NCBI GenBank assembly: GCA_000182565.2
Contig: KQ257456.1
DNA length: 64,000 nt
Direction: 5' to 3' (one strand)
Source: Spizellomyces punctatus DAOM BR117
Taxonomy: Eukaryota
A program made the position numbers and the translations under genes. Below, piece after piece: positions 12,774 to 25,338 of the stretch (positions within the stretch are counted from its first letter, which is position 1; each line of letters opens with the position of its first letter). The notes beneath the pieces are model-generated. The model did not search any database, was not told where the DNA came from, and saw only the letters and a program-made list of their open reading frames with translations.

Positions 12774-15382
12774 ATGGCACGTATTCGCATCAATACGTTA
12801 ACGTCGGCATTGGCGATATGGCTACTAGCCTGCATCCTCTCTGTCTCTGCCACTGACAAAAACGCCAAGGATGCGCAACTCGAGTCATTCACTCGGGATG
12901 ATGAGGGGAAACCATTGACCACCGACTTTGGGGTTAAAATAAATGATACAGATAATACGCTCAAGGCTGGCATTCGAGGTCCTAGCTTGTTAGAGGATTT
13001 CCATTTCAGGGAAAAGATTACCAGGTTTGATCACGAGAGGATACCCGAGCGAGTTGGTGAGTGAATGTACTATAGAACTGCCGTTACTCCAAATAATAAC
13101 AGGAAATGCCTAACGCCAATCGTTTTGTTAGTACATGCTCGCGGTCATGGAGCCCACGGATTTTTTGAAAGCTACTACGATCTTTCCTCTATCACTCGCG
13201 CAAAGTTCCTTTCCGCTGCAGGGAAGAAGACGCCGGTCTTTGTTCGTTTCTCTACTGTCTTGGGTAGCCGAGGATCCGCGGACACGGTGCGCGATGTGCG
13301 TGGGTTTGCAACAAAATTCTATACTGAGGAGGGAGTGTAAGAAACATGCGCTTGACTTGAAATCATATAATCTTTGATGTTAACGATCTTAAAACTAGAT
13401 TTGACATTGTCGGAAACGATATCCCAGTTTTCTTTGTGCAAGATGCTATCAAGTTCCTTGACTTGATCCACGCAGCCAAGCCCGAACAAGACAATGAAAT
13501 CCCTCAAGCAGCAACTGCACATGGTGCGTGTCCGGACACCACGCACTTGAGAAGACTGGCTCATCCTAACTATCGTTTTTATATAGACAACTTTTACGAC
13601 TTTGTTACCCTCACACCAGAGACTCTTCATACGGTGCTCTGGGCTCTAAGCCCTCGAGGTATTGTAAGGAGCAACCGCGAAATGCAAGGATTCGGAGTCC
13701 ACACGTTCCGTTTTGTCAACAAAGAGGGCATGTCTCGGTTTGTAAAGTTCCACTGGCGTCCCGTAAATGGAGTAACGGCACTCGTTTGGGACGAGGCGCA
13801 AAAGCTTGCTGGCAAGAACCCTGACTGGTTGCGTCAAGATGTATGGGAGGCCATCGAGCGGGGAGACTTTCCAGAATACGAATTTGGAATCCAGGTTGTC
13901 GAAGAGGAGGACGAGTTTAAGTTCGACTTTGATCTGCTCGATCCTACCAAGATCATCCCCGAAAGCGAGGTGGAAGTCAAGTGGATCGGAAAGATGACGC
14001 TCAACAGAAACCCCGACAATTTCTTTTCCGAGACCGAGCAAGTCGCCTTTTGCACGTCTCACATTGTTCCTGGCATTGATTTTACCAATGATCCGTTATT
14101 GCAAGGACGGACATTCTCCTACTTTGGTAATTATGGATCGCTTGCGCTTATGTGTTGGAAGGAGCATGACACTTATTGTTCTTCCGATTTAAGACACACA
14201 ACTTAACCGCTTCCAGTCCCCGAACTGGGAATATCTTCCCATCAATCGCCCCATCAACCCTGTACATAACAAGTACGTTTTCCAAAATGGGAGTACTCAA
14301 CGTGAACAGATCACTAATACATCCTATTCTGTGTGTAGTCAGCGCGACGGTTTCATGCAATTCAACATCTTTAAGGGTCCCGCCGCTTACTACCCCCACA
14401 CTCGATACGGTTCTGCGGACCCTGTTCCTCCATCAGAAGGGTCCTTTGTCAGTTACCATGAGAAGATTGATGGCTACAAGATTCGTGCACGATCACCGAC
14501 ATTTTTTGACTGTAAGTTCCTCTCTGGAATTGCACGAAAAACACACCGCATCCTTTCCCCTAACCAAATTTTGATGATAATAGATGTTAGTCAGTCTCAA
14601 CTGTTCTACAACTCGCTTGCTCCCTGGGAGCGCAAGCAGTTGATTGAGGGTTCAGTATTTGAGATCACCAAAGTCAAGAGCAAGGATATCCGTCAGCGAT
14701 GGGTGGACTTGATTAACCAGGTCGACCACGAATTCGCCACCATTGTCGCAAAAAATGCGGCTGTGGACGTCCCATCCAAGACATACCCCAATAATGGCAA
14801 GAAATCCAAAGGAATCAGTATCGATGACTACCCTCTCAAGAGCATTCGATCTAAAAAAGTGGCCATTTTGGCATGCAAGGACGTGGCTGCTGACCAACTG
14901 AAGAGTGTTAAAGGTTTCTTGGAAGGCCAAGGAGCCGTGGTTGATGTCGTGTCTTTTAAATTGGGCAAGATCGAGGGAACGGACATTGAAGCTACTCAGA
15001 CGTTTGCCACAGCCGATTCAGTCTTTTACGACGCAACCTTCGTCCCTGGGGGAAAATCTGCTGATTACCTCCGTCAAAACTTTTGGGACTTTGAGGATAC
15101 TTGGGTAGGTCCTTTTACTGTTCTTGAAGTACGCAAATGGGAATGTATAATGATGTACCAATTGATTAGGCCTTTGTCCGAGACACGTATCGCCACGCCA
15201 AGCCTCTCGCTGCTCTCGGCGAATCCGTGTCATTCGTTGAAAATGCCATTAAACCCGCAAAGCTTGAAGGCAAACAAGCGGCAGGTGTCCTCACTGGTGG
15301 CAATGATGTTAACAAGGACGGCTTTGCTCACGGAATCGAACAAGCTATTCTAAAGAAACGCTTCTTTGAGCGATTTGATTGA
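12774..15382 (+). CDS. Large-subunit (clade 2) heme catalase with signal peptide and C-terminal DJ-1/GATase-like domain
   Basis: [15 protein letters not shown] (distal His), [39 protein letters not shown] (Tyr ligand), [12 protein letters not shown]. Hydrophobic N-terminus [14 protein letters not shown]. Last exon ends KRFFERFD* at 15382. Confidence 0.95.
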
Positions 15383-15491
15383 GTTGTTAGCATGGAATAC
15401 TTGTTGCTTGTTGTATAATGGTCTTGGATTAGTGGATGTAAAATAGCGATGGAATACACGCCCGTTACAAACATGTGGTGAACGGTGGTTG

Positions 15492-15517
15492 ACGCGACGC
15501 GTTCCTTGATTACGCGA
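15492..15517 (+). promoter_or_regulatory. Three MCB-like ACGCG(T/A) motifs upstream of the villin-like gene
   Basis: ACGCGA at 15492, ACGCGT at 15497 and ACGCGA at 15512, about 85-110 bp before ATG 15601. Confidence 0.35.
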
Positions 15518-15600
15518 TGATCAGATTCCCGTCTAGAATGACTGTAAACACTTTTTCCAGTTCACCAAGAATTTCCTACCGTTTTTTTTCTTTTTTGTCA

Positions 15601-18600
15601 ATGTCAGAATCCACATCGAATTGGGCTGCACACACAAATCGCCCACTCGCCCATGACCATGGGGGTGGTACTACCAGCCCACCTCAAAGTGGTCTCAACA
15701 CACCCTCCCTTCGCAGTGGCGCACGGACGCCGGATCCGCTGCTCTCTGCGCTTCGTAGCGCCAATGGTTCCTTCCTCTCCAGCGCCCAACAGACTCCTGG
15801 ATCAATGACACCCCGCACGCGGCAAAGATATGACCTAAAACGCGCGGCATTAATCCAAGACCTTGAGTCCCACGACCAAAAAATGGAATCCCGCGCTCTC
15901 GATCGCCGCTTGCGGCACGAGCTTTTTATGGACAAGCTCCGTAAAGACGAAGAACGCTTTGAGCGGATTCGAGCACGAAGGCTGTTGGCTGACTCAGAGC
16001 GACGCAAACGGGAAGAACAAGAGTTTGCCAACCGAGAACGGGAGGTGGAGAATGTTCGGATTGCTTCGAGGACGTCCTCTGCGGCGGCTTTGTCTCCACA
16101 GGCTAGCTTGGAGAGTTTGTCGGCATCTAATACCTCTTTAGCGAGGAGTATGGAGAGGTTGGATCAGAATGGGCCCCGGGGAAGTGTCACTGGCGAGGTA
16201 GGGCATACACGTTATTACATTGCAAAATTCTTGTTTGTCCGTGATCCATCAACATTTTCGATGTTATTTAGGCCAAAGCTTCCGTCCAAGCCGCCAACGA
16301 TCTACAATCCTTTCAAAACGAACGTCGTCTCAAGAAGCTTGCCAGACAGAAAGCCGAGGAGGAGCGCAAGCGATTGCAAAGCGTAGTACGCAAGCGGGCT
16401 GAGGAAAGTATTGAAAACGAGTTTGGAGAGGCTGGGGAGGACAATGGAGACGTCGGACGTCTCAGTGTAGGTGTGCGAGCGGAATCAACTACAGTTAGCG
16501 ACGCGGGCAAAGTCATTTCTAAAGAAGGCGTAAGGGCGGGCGAAGACCGAGGGACACCAACTGGGCGAGTACAGGACCGGAGAGATGTTGGGCGCGAAAA
16601 AGATAGCCAGGAATTAAAACGGGAGAACATCAAAAGAGATTATCCCGAGCAGACAGAAGTCAGGCGATATCAGCGTGGGGAGGTTAATCGTGATATGACT
16701 CGTGAAAGCTTTGACTCCGAACGCCGTGACCGCGGGGCCACGATAGGGCTTGTAACCAAGCCTGAGGAAGTCCAACGACACACCCCCCACGAGGACACTC
16801 CATCAAAACGCCGTGAAGTTGATAGCGTGGGACATAAAGAAAGTAGACATGCGGTTGACAATATCCGACGGAATCAAGTTCGTGAAGATGCGGATTCTCT
16901 CCGACGTGAGCGAACGGATATACGCCCGGCAACCGATCGCGGAGGCCTCCAGCCCATACACCGGAACAATGACGAATCCGCAAGAGATGATGTTAAACCC
17001 TCACAACAGCGGACTAGCGATCAGCTCGCAGATGTTGGATTGAGAGAGGAAGAGCTGGATGCTAAATATTCCAGATCCAACAATCGCGATATACAGGAGG
17101 ATGCAGATGTTCATCGAGAAGAGGGAAAATCTCTCAGCATTGAAGAAAAACGAGAAGAGAGTGGAAGGGAAGCAGCGGCTGTGGCCGTAGTTGAGGTGGT
17201 CCAGATTGAGACTGCACTTTGTGAAGTCTTAACAGATGAAGCGGTCAGGAGTACATCAAAGCCAATAGACGTCCAGTCTGAAGATGCTGGAGTTGCGCTA
17301 CCCCCAGATCTGGACACTGCGGATAACGCACCTACATTTTCCGATGCGAACAATTTAGAGGGTGCGCCTGATGAACTGTCAAGTGAATTTGCTTCTGTTC
17401 CAACTAGAAACCAGAGAGATGTAGAAGAAGCTGTACAGGTCGGAGACAAGGATGAGCAATTTTCAGGGCGAAGTGTAGATGAGGATATACTGGGCGTTCA
17501 AAATCCGGAAGCTGATCGACAGCGGGCGAAAACAGGCTCTGGTTTATACGACGAGCAATCAGAAGAAGCAGCGGTGGCTGTTGCAGAGCCATCGGCGATT
17601 GAGCGTACTTCGGGCGGAGAAAACATTTCGACACCCAAAGATGCCGATTATTCTAACGTACCTACATCTCTGGTCATCGAATCTGTGGCTGAAACCGTCC
17701 AAATTACAGGAGACAACAAAGATGCACCTGTGCCGATATCTCTGAGCAATGAAAATGACAACTCTTTGGACGCTGCGGTGAAAGACAGTGAAACGGGCAC
17801 GCAAGAAGCAAAGAAAGAGGAAGTCGGAAATGGGAACAGGCAGCAAGTATTACATGAATCAGTGGCGCAAGCTGATATGCAGTACGACACTGAGAATGCA
17901 TCGGCACAGGAGAACATCCCCATATCTAGGAGGTTTTCGGAGGCAAAGCAGCCGCAGGTAGAAGCGGCTCATTATTGTTGATGTTGCGAGACGACTAACT
18001 TAGCCTTGCAGATCAAAGCAAACCTTCGGATTAAGGTACCTCACCGACGCACGCCCAGCATCGACCACCTTCGTCACAAGGCAGAATCAGCCCGTCGCTT
18101 AGCCAGCCCGACCGACGACGTCACGTCTCCAACAGATCAACCGCCAAGCTCTTCGAATTCACCTACCGGCTCTACTTTCCCTCGATTGTCCATTACATCC
18201 ATGACACCCACGACCGCCATCAACCTCAGTCCGGATGACGTGACTGGTCCGCCTCGGTCGCGGACTCCGTCTGTTCGGGAGCGAATACAGGCACTGACTT
18301 CATCCGCGGCGCCGCCTGCGCCAAAAGTATCTGTACCTGCTCCCACCCAAACACGAAACCTCACCCCAACCTTCAGCCCCTCGCTCACCCCCGCCAGAAC
18401 TCCGACGACACCAACACGTACTCGCCAATCCAGCACAGCCTCCCAAACAGCTATGAAGAGACCGGTTCAGACAGAACTATACCTAGTAAAAGGCAAAAGG
18501 AAGATGTACCTTACCCGTGTCCCGATTGAAGTGGAGACGTTAAACCATGGGGATGTCTTTGTCCTTGTTGTTCCTAAAGTGGACGACGGTGAAGCTCACA

Positions 18601-21516
18601 GTGCCACGATTTTGGTATGGTCAGGCAAGGATGCAGGAAAGGTCAAGAGGGCAAAGGGAAAAGAGATTGGGATGAGAATGAAAGATAAAGAATGGGGAAC
18701 ACACGCTGTCGTTAGTGTTCTTGGTATGTGTGCTTGTCGTATGGCGTCGGCAGCTGTTGTCCTTAAATCTTCTGACTTTGGCGGGTATTGTATTGTTTGG
18801 CTGTAGAGGACGGAGTAGATTCACCTGATGCAGAGATGTTTTGGAAAGTTTTAACTAACGGAGCGCGTACCACACCAGTCGATAACATCAAAGCCGCCGA
18901 AGAGGGGGGCGATGATGTGGAGCACGAGAAGAAAATTGAACGGCATATGTACCTCTATGGGTAAGTTGTTCTCAGAAGTACAGATGTCCATGGGTTTTAT
19001 TAACCGCCCTTGCTTCCACTGAAGGGTCAATAAAAATACGTCCTCGGTAACATCGATCACACCACCCGGTAAGCCCCTCTCATCCAAGATCCTGCAGAAA
19101 GGCACAACCTACATCCTCGACTGCTACACCGAAGTTTATATCTTGAGCGGACGGAACGCATCCGACGCGGAAAGAACGCTCGCGTTGAATTTCACAGAAG
19201 ACCTGTCCATTAACCAGGACCGGCCCTTCACGGCTACGACGTACTTTGAGCGAGAGGGGTTTGAGAGCGTAGCGTTTCGAGAGAGGTTCTATGATTGGCC
19301 TGAGGAGAGTGGAATTGAGGTTAGGAAATTGACCAATGTAGTTGCTAAGGATAAAACATGGGGTGTTTACGATCGGGGTGGGGGTAAGAAGATCTTTCAT
19401 GATACGTCGCAAGTTGAGCGACCCAACTAATGGTTCGTGTCCTAGTGGATGTCAAGAAAGTTGAAAAGATCAACGTACAGAATATGTTCATACCACCTCC
19501 ACCCCCGGCCAGTTGGGGTACGCCAAATGGCCAAGAGGAAGAAGACATTGGTGGTCCGCCAGCTCCTGAGATGGATCGTGGATGTTTGGAATTGAAGGTG
19601 AACATCTTCATCACCATGTAGTCTCAGTGTACTTGTTTCATGGTTTTGATTCACTCCCTTCCTCTGCAAAGGTTTGGCTGGCCCAACCGCACGAAACTGA
19701 CAGCAAAGTCGAAATAGCACCCTCGGAACACGGCATCTTTTACGCCGAAGAAAGTTATCTGATTCTCTACCGACATTTGACGGGCCGAGACGGGAATGAA
19801 AAGGAGGCTGCCATAGCATACTTTTGGATTGGATCCGAATGCAAGAGTGTATGCATCCTCCTTTCACCCCACTCGCGTAGTTTGCTCCAGATGCTCACGC
19901 TCTATATTATAGACGGACCAAGCTGCGGCTGCCTATCTGGCAACCGATCTTGAAAAGCAACATAAAGCCCGTCAGATCCGTGTCACGCAGGGTAAAGAGC
20001 CATCACATTTCCTGGGCATTTTCAAGCATCCTGTTATTGTCCGCCGAGGAACTAGAGCGGAGTTTGGGACGAGTGAAAAGGCGTTGTATCATGTCATGGG
20101 TTTTGAGAAGGGGCTGGTACGAGTCATTGAGGCTGTTTGGGTGAGTAATAGAAGGTTGGATATTACTTGCGTCTAATCTCACATTGAACCAATTTATATC
20201 GCGTTGCATTTCAGAATCCCTCCTCCCTATCCTCCGCGAATAGTTTCGTTCTTAACCTGAAAGACAAAGTATTTATCTGGCATGGCACAGGTAGTTTCCC
20301 GTTCGAACGCGATATGGCGGAGCGCGTTGCCCAACGGATATGTGTAAGTCCCCCTATCGTCCTTTATCATCCAATCTTCTTTCTTTTAATTCGTCCCTTG
20401 CAGGACTCGAAACCCATTACGACATTGGAAGAACTACAAGAACCCAAAGTGTTCTGGCAAAAGCTTGGGGGAATTGATAAAAAGTCCCATAACCATCAGC
20501 AGGATTATGCTTCGATGCCATATTTGGCCAAGAAGAAGGAGCTGGAGGGATCTTACACGTGTCGCCTCTTTAGAGTATCGCATATTGTTCATGGAAATCC
20601 AACAGTATGTGCATCTTCTGGTCTTGGGAAGAAGATGGCGTCACATTCCAGCATTTCACTGACAGGGTCGTTTGGTTCACTTAGGCTGAAGAGATCGACC
20701 CTTTCGTACAATCCGACTTGGAAAACACCGGTGTATATATTCTCGATGCCTTTTTTGAGATTTACATCTGGGTGGGCGCAGATGCGAAATCCAATTACAG
20801 GGACGTCCGATTAGCCTTAGAGACTGGCTTGGTGAGTAACAGCACTCCTTCTCCATCAGCGAACAACGTGATGACCGTCCATGTCACGACAGGATTACGC
20901 AGATTACGTCTCAGCGCGCCAGCAAATGCGGAACTTGGATCGGACAAAAGTTCGATTCGTTCGGTCTGGTTCCGAACCAGCTGGCTTTAAGGCGGCGTTC
21001 CTTGCTTTCGAGGATGGAAGCGAAGATATTGCTGGATCTACTGGATTTGTGAGTTTTGGATTCCCACGTTGTTAAACTGGTGGTGCTGATAAACTAATGA
21101 GCGCTCTGTCTGTAGTTGAATAAACTAAAATCTAAAACTGGAAGAAAGAAGCGTGAACCTCAGGAAGAATCTGCCATTGATATTCTTGAAAAGGTACCCT
21201 CGTCAGCTGCCACTCTCCGGATGGAAAATTACAAAAACTAAAAACATCACGCAGTTCAACAAGGCTGTTTACAGTTTCGACGAATTAAAGAAAAAGGATG
21301 ATCTGCCTTTAGGTGTTGATCCCGCTCACGTTGAGATATATCTTTCCCAACCCGATTTCCAGAAGCATTTCAAGATTGATAAAGTGACATTTTCATCCTA
21401 CCCTGCTTGGAAGCAAGCAGAAATGAAAAAAAGAGGTAGCGTCATTGTTAGAGTGGCATTACTGGTTGATTAGTACTCACAATTATTGCGCTCGGATTGT
21501 AGCTGGTCTTTTTTAA
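15601..21516 (+). CDS. Villin/supervillin-like actin-binding protein: long disordered N-terminus, gelsolin repeats, villin headpiece
   Basis: Gelsolin motifs LYLVKGKRK...LNHGDVFVL...ILVWSGK, YILDCYTEVYILSG, YFWIGS, QGKEPSHF, YILDAFFEIYIWVG, GSEPAGFKAAF. Headpiece LPLGVDPAHVEIYLSQPDFQKHF...PAWKQAEMKKR|AGLF*. Confidence 0.9.
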
Positions 21517-21713
21517 ATGAACCGATGCTTTTACTATATGATGTGTTGTAATTTGGTAAATGTATTTGTAATAAACTACCTTTTTAAGAGCTTAGATCAA
21601 GCTACCACTTTCAATAGTTTGCCAATGCATTTAGTTTTAAGAATGTATTGCGTATATACAGATGTGAATGAGAGCAATGCGTTCATGGCACTAGAACGTC
21701 GCAATACCGGCAA

Positions 21714-24700
21714 TCACCAAATAACATCCTCTTCCATTGCCAAGCTGTCTTGTCCACCGATAGCAGTCTCGATCTGCTTTTTGACAACGCCCCCAACAGC
21801 CTGCTCCACAATTTCAGCAAGCCCTTCCTGTCCCTTTCCTCCAATCTCCGCGAATACGTCTTCCAAACCTTCTGCCTCCATTATCACTTCCCAGAAACTC
21901 TTGGGGCGAGGATAAACTTTAAAGAGCACCACCGGCTTCTCGCCTTCCTTGTGCACAATCTTTTTGATCAATGACGTTTTGGCCTTTTCTTTTCTGTTCT
22001 GGAGAGATGTGTCGACTGCGACATCTATGGCATTCCAAATTCCCCCCAGCTGATCAACGAGACCCAATCCGAGAGCCTGAACACCTGTCCAGACCCGACC
22101 GCGTGCAGCATGTTCAACTTGGTCAAGGTTCAGCTGTCGGCCGTCCATGACACGTTTACGAAAGGTTTCATATAGGGCTGCTGTTTGACCATGATAGCGC
22201 CTTAGAGCGTTCCCTCGGAGATCGTGGAGAAGGGACTGAAATTGTGCGCCTTTGGTGGTGTAAATTTCGCCAAAGGTGACACCTATATTGTCTTGAAACT
22301 TGCGAGTTATGACAGGCCGAGCACTGGCGACGCCGATGGACCCGGTAATTGTGCCCGGATTAGCAATTATCTTCTGGCATGGAGCTGTGCAATAATATCC
22401 TGGGTTTGATGCAGTTGTGTGAATGGGTTCTGGCTACATAAACAAAGGAAGATGTATCTAATTCTCACCACCGGATGCAGCCATATTACCGTAACTGGCA
22501 ATGACGGGTTTGCCAGAGACTTCTTGAGCATGTTTGACAGCCTCCCAGATTGTCTCGGTAGCCACTGCATCCCCTCCACCGGAATCTACAGTGGGCACAA
22601 TGCCAGTCAAGAAGCATGGCCAATCCAGCAACGAGTAGCCAAAAGCAAATGATCTCAACTCACCAATCCTAAACAAAACCACATCAACATCCTTATCCGC
22701 AGCACACTCCCCGAGCGCCCTCGCGACCTCATTGCTACCAAATCTGCCGTCCCCTCTAATGATGGGTCCAACAAGGTATACCAACCCAACAGTAACCTTG
22801 TCATTTCCTGCCGCAATCTTGAGTGCATCCGTGACTTCTTCTTCTGCGGTACGGGCTACAAAGTACCGCGAGAGTGGCATCGATGGCTGCCCTTCTTGGG
22901 TTCGCCGGTGATGCTCTTTACGGTGGCCATGCGGGTAGGTGTGGTGCTTGTAGGTTAGCTTATCAATGAGGCCTGTCGTGAGGGATTCAGTTGAAGTTAG
23001 AGGAGCATTGTCCATCAAGGTTTGGACCTTTATTGGAATGTAAGTTGATGTTTCACCCAACAAAGTTGAAAGTAAATGCTGCCTTAGTTACCTTTTCGAC
23101 GGCGCTCATATCCTTCTCTTCCTTCTCGGTCGGGACTCGCGATTCCTGTGTTTCCGCTTTTTGTTTCTCATCGCGACTAGGCTGCTGATCTTTTGCAACA
23201 GCTTGTTTGGTATCTTCATAGGCCTTCTGCGCCATATCCGCCGCCTTCTTGGTCTCCTTTGCCTGCTTTAAAACCCTCCCAACATCCTCGGGGACCGCCT
23301 TACCCTTTTCCGTGATGAGGACTTGTCCCCCTTCGTCACCTACAGCCTTAACTTTTTCAACAACTTTCTGGGGCCATCCCGTCTCGCTCTCGACATGCAG
23401 ATCTTCCAAAATTTGTAGACCATCCACGTCCCCTTCCGCAAGAGAGAGAATCCGCACCTGGTCTTGAACCATTTCTACGACTTTCTCGGACGAGGCAGGG
23501 AGAAGATTTGAAATGCTCTTCACAACCTTTGCCCGGGCGTTTGCTATCCCGGTTATTAGCTGGTCATTGAGGGAAGCCAAAAGCTGCGCGAGGTTTTCCT
23601 TTTGGGGCTGTGGGAAATCCGTCGATGTAAACATTGAATGGACGGACTTGTATTCTCTATCAAAAAGGCGATGATTTGAAGTGTTGGTGCTGGTCTTTTG
23701 CGGTCAGAACATGTTCAGATCCAAATATACTGTACCCAACAGCAGACGCCCGCACAACAATTCCAAGTCTATCGAGCAATCGACGCAGGAACTAACATAC
23801 ATTGAAAAGCAACAGGAATATAAACAACCCTTGCGATTGAACTTGCAAGGTAGAGCCAAGATCTTACCGGTTGCGCCATACCGACTCCAAAAATCGGAAG
23901 ACTTCCCACTGGTTCCATACAGACTTCATCAAATGCCGTAGCAAGATAATACAGCAACTGACTATCTGCGCTCGCATCCAAGGCATCAATAGCCTGGCCC
24001 GTCAACCATGGACTTTTGCGTATGAACCTACCGAACGTATCCGTACATGCAACAAGTTTATATCCGACCTGTCCAAACTTTTTTTGTTTGGCTTCCTTGA
24101 ATTCGTTAATTGCATTCCGAAGCTCTTGGACTTGGGCAAAACCCAGTTGTGGCCGAGCTGTGCCTGGAACACCAGATGAACTTAAATCGACGACCAAACC
24201 TACATTTCCCAAGATTTCATTTGTCGATCAAGACGGTTTTTTAAAGAGGAGCTTGATTGGGTACCGACCTCTAACACGATCATCATCCTTGGCCCATTTC
24301 AAAATCCGTACAGCATCAAAAAGTGTCAAGCTACTTAGGGCCCCTCGCGAGAGAGCGCCAAGGAGCCCAGTACGTTGATTCTGGGCTTCCGTTATATATG
24401 TCTGGATTTTCAAGACTTTAGATGGTTCCCCAAAAAAAACCACCAGAGAAAGCATTTTAGCTACCCGATCAAGTTTCCATGTCAGGATTGTGTCTGGGTA
24501 TATTTTCAGTGCCTAGGAACGACAACAACAGTTTATCCCAAAGAAATGAACTGGCACAACAATCTGCAAGCTATTGCTCTGCTCATACCTCCTTTGCTCT
24601 CTTCCTCTGCTCCCACCAAGACCAAAATGTGTATCCAATCACTCCAGCATACAAGATTCGCCGAGCAATCAAGCCCGTTCGCTGGAGGTTAGGCCAGACG

Positions 24701-24768
24701 ACCGGTGGAGGTTGACGCGGTCCTTGAGGACGAGGAGGAGTGTCGGAAGGCGGTGTGTTGCTCGACAT
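21714..24768 (-). CDS. sppA: Signal peptide peptidase SppA (protease IV, peptidase S49, two-domain type)
   Basis: AKDDDRVRG, LGFAQVQELR, YYLATAFDEV, REYKS (Lys), DSGGGDAVATETIW, KPVIASYGNMAASG|GYY (Ser), GTITGSIGV, ARGRVWTGVQALGLGLVDQLGG. N-terminal TM segment. Confidence 0.9.
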
Positions 24769-25338
24769 TGGTCAAATGGGTGCAATTAGCTTTCTTGGAC
24801 AAAGGATGTATAAAACACTGGATGATGGCTAATAAATATGTGGCGAGCAAATCATAACGATTGCCCTAATTTGATCGAGTCACAATACTTTTACGAGAAA
24901 CTCCAGCATCTTGCTATGCGAGAGCCCTTAATTGTCACGTCATTATGCTGACACGCTCCAGTTCTCTGGCGGTGAAAGCAGAAATATTTCCAGTCTTTTA
25001 ACCATCTATGTTCATAAAACCAAACGTCCATCACAGTCCATGGGCCGCCTGTACCAACTTTGTACATGAAAGAAAGAAAGGACGAAAAGACAAAGAGAGC
25101 ACACAGAAAGAGGAAAACCAAACTAAGGGTAAAAAGGATGGAGGAAAGGTGGAAAGGACAGACACTACTGGCAGAGAAAAATGTACGGAAGAAAAGCCAT
25201 CAGAATTTAAGTCCATGGCATTCTGTCCCACTCCCTCCCAAACGAGGCTTTGCCCATCGATGGGGACCACCAGGACAGTCCTGTACCGTGAATCTCTAAT
25301 CGTGACTTTCCCAACCAAATTTCGCTGTCTATGCTCTC

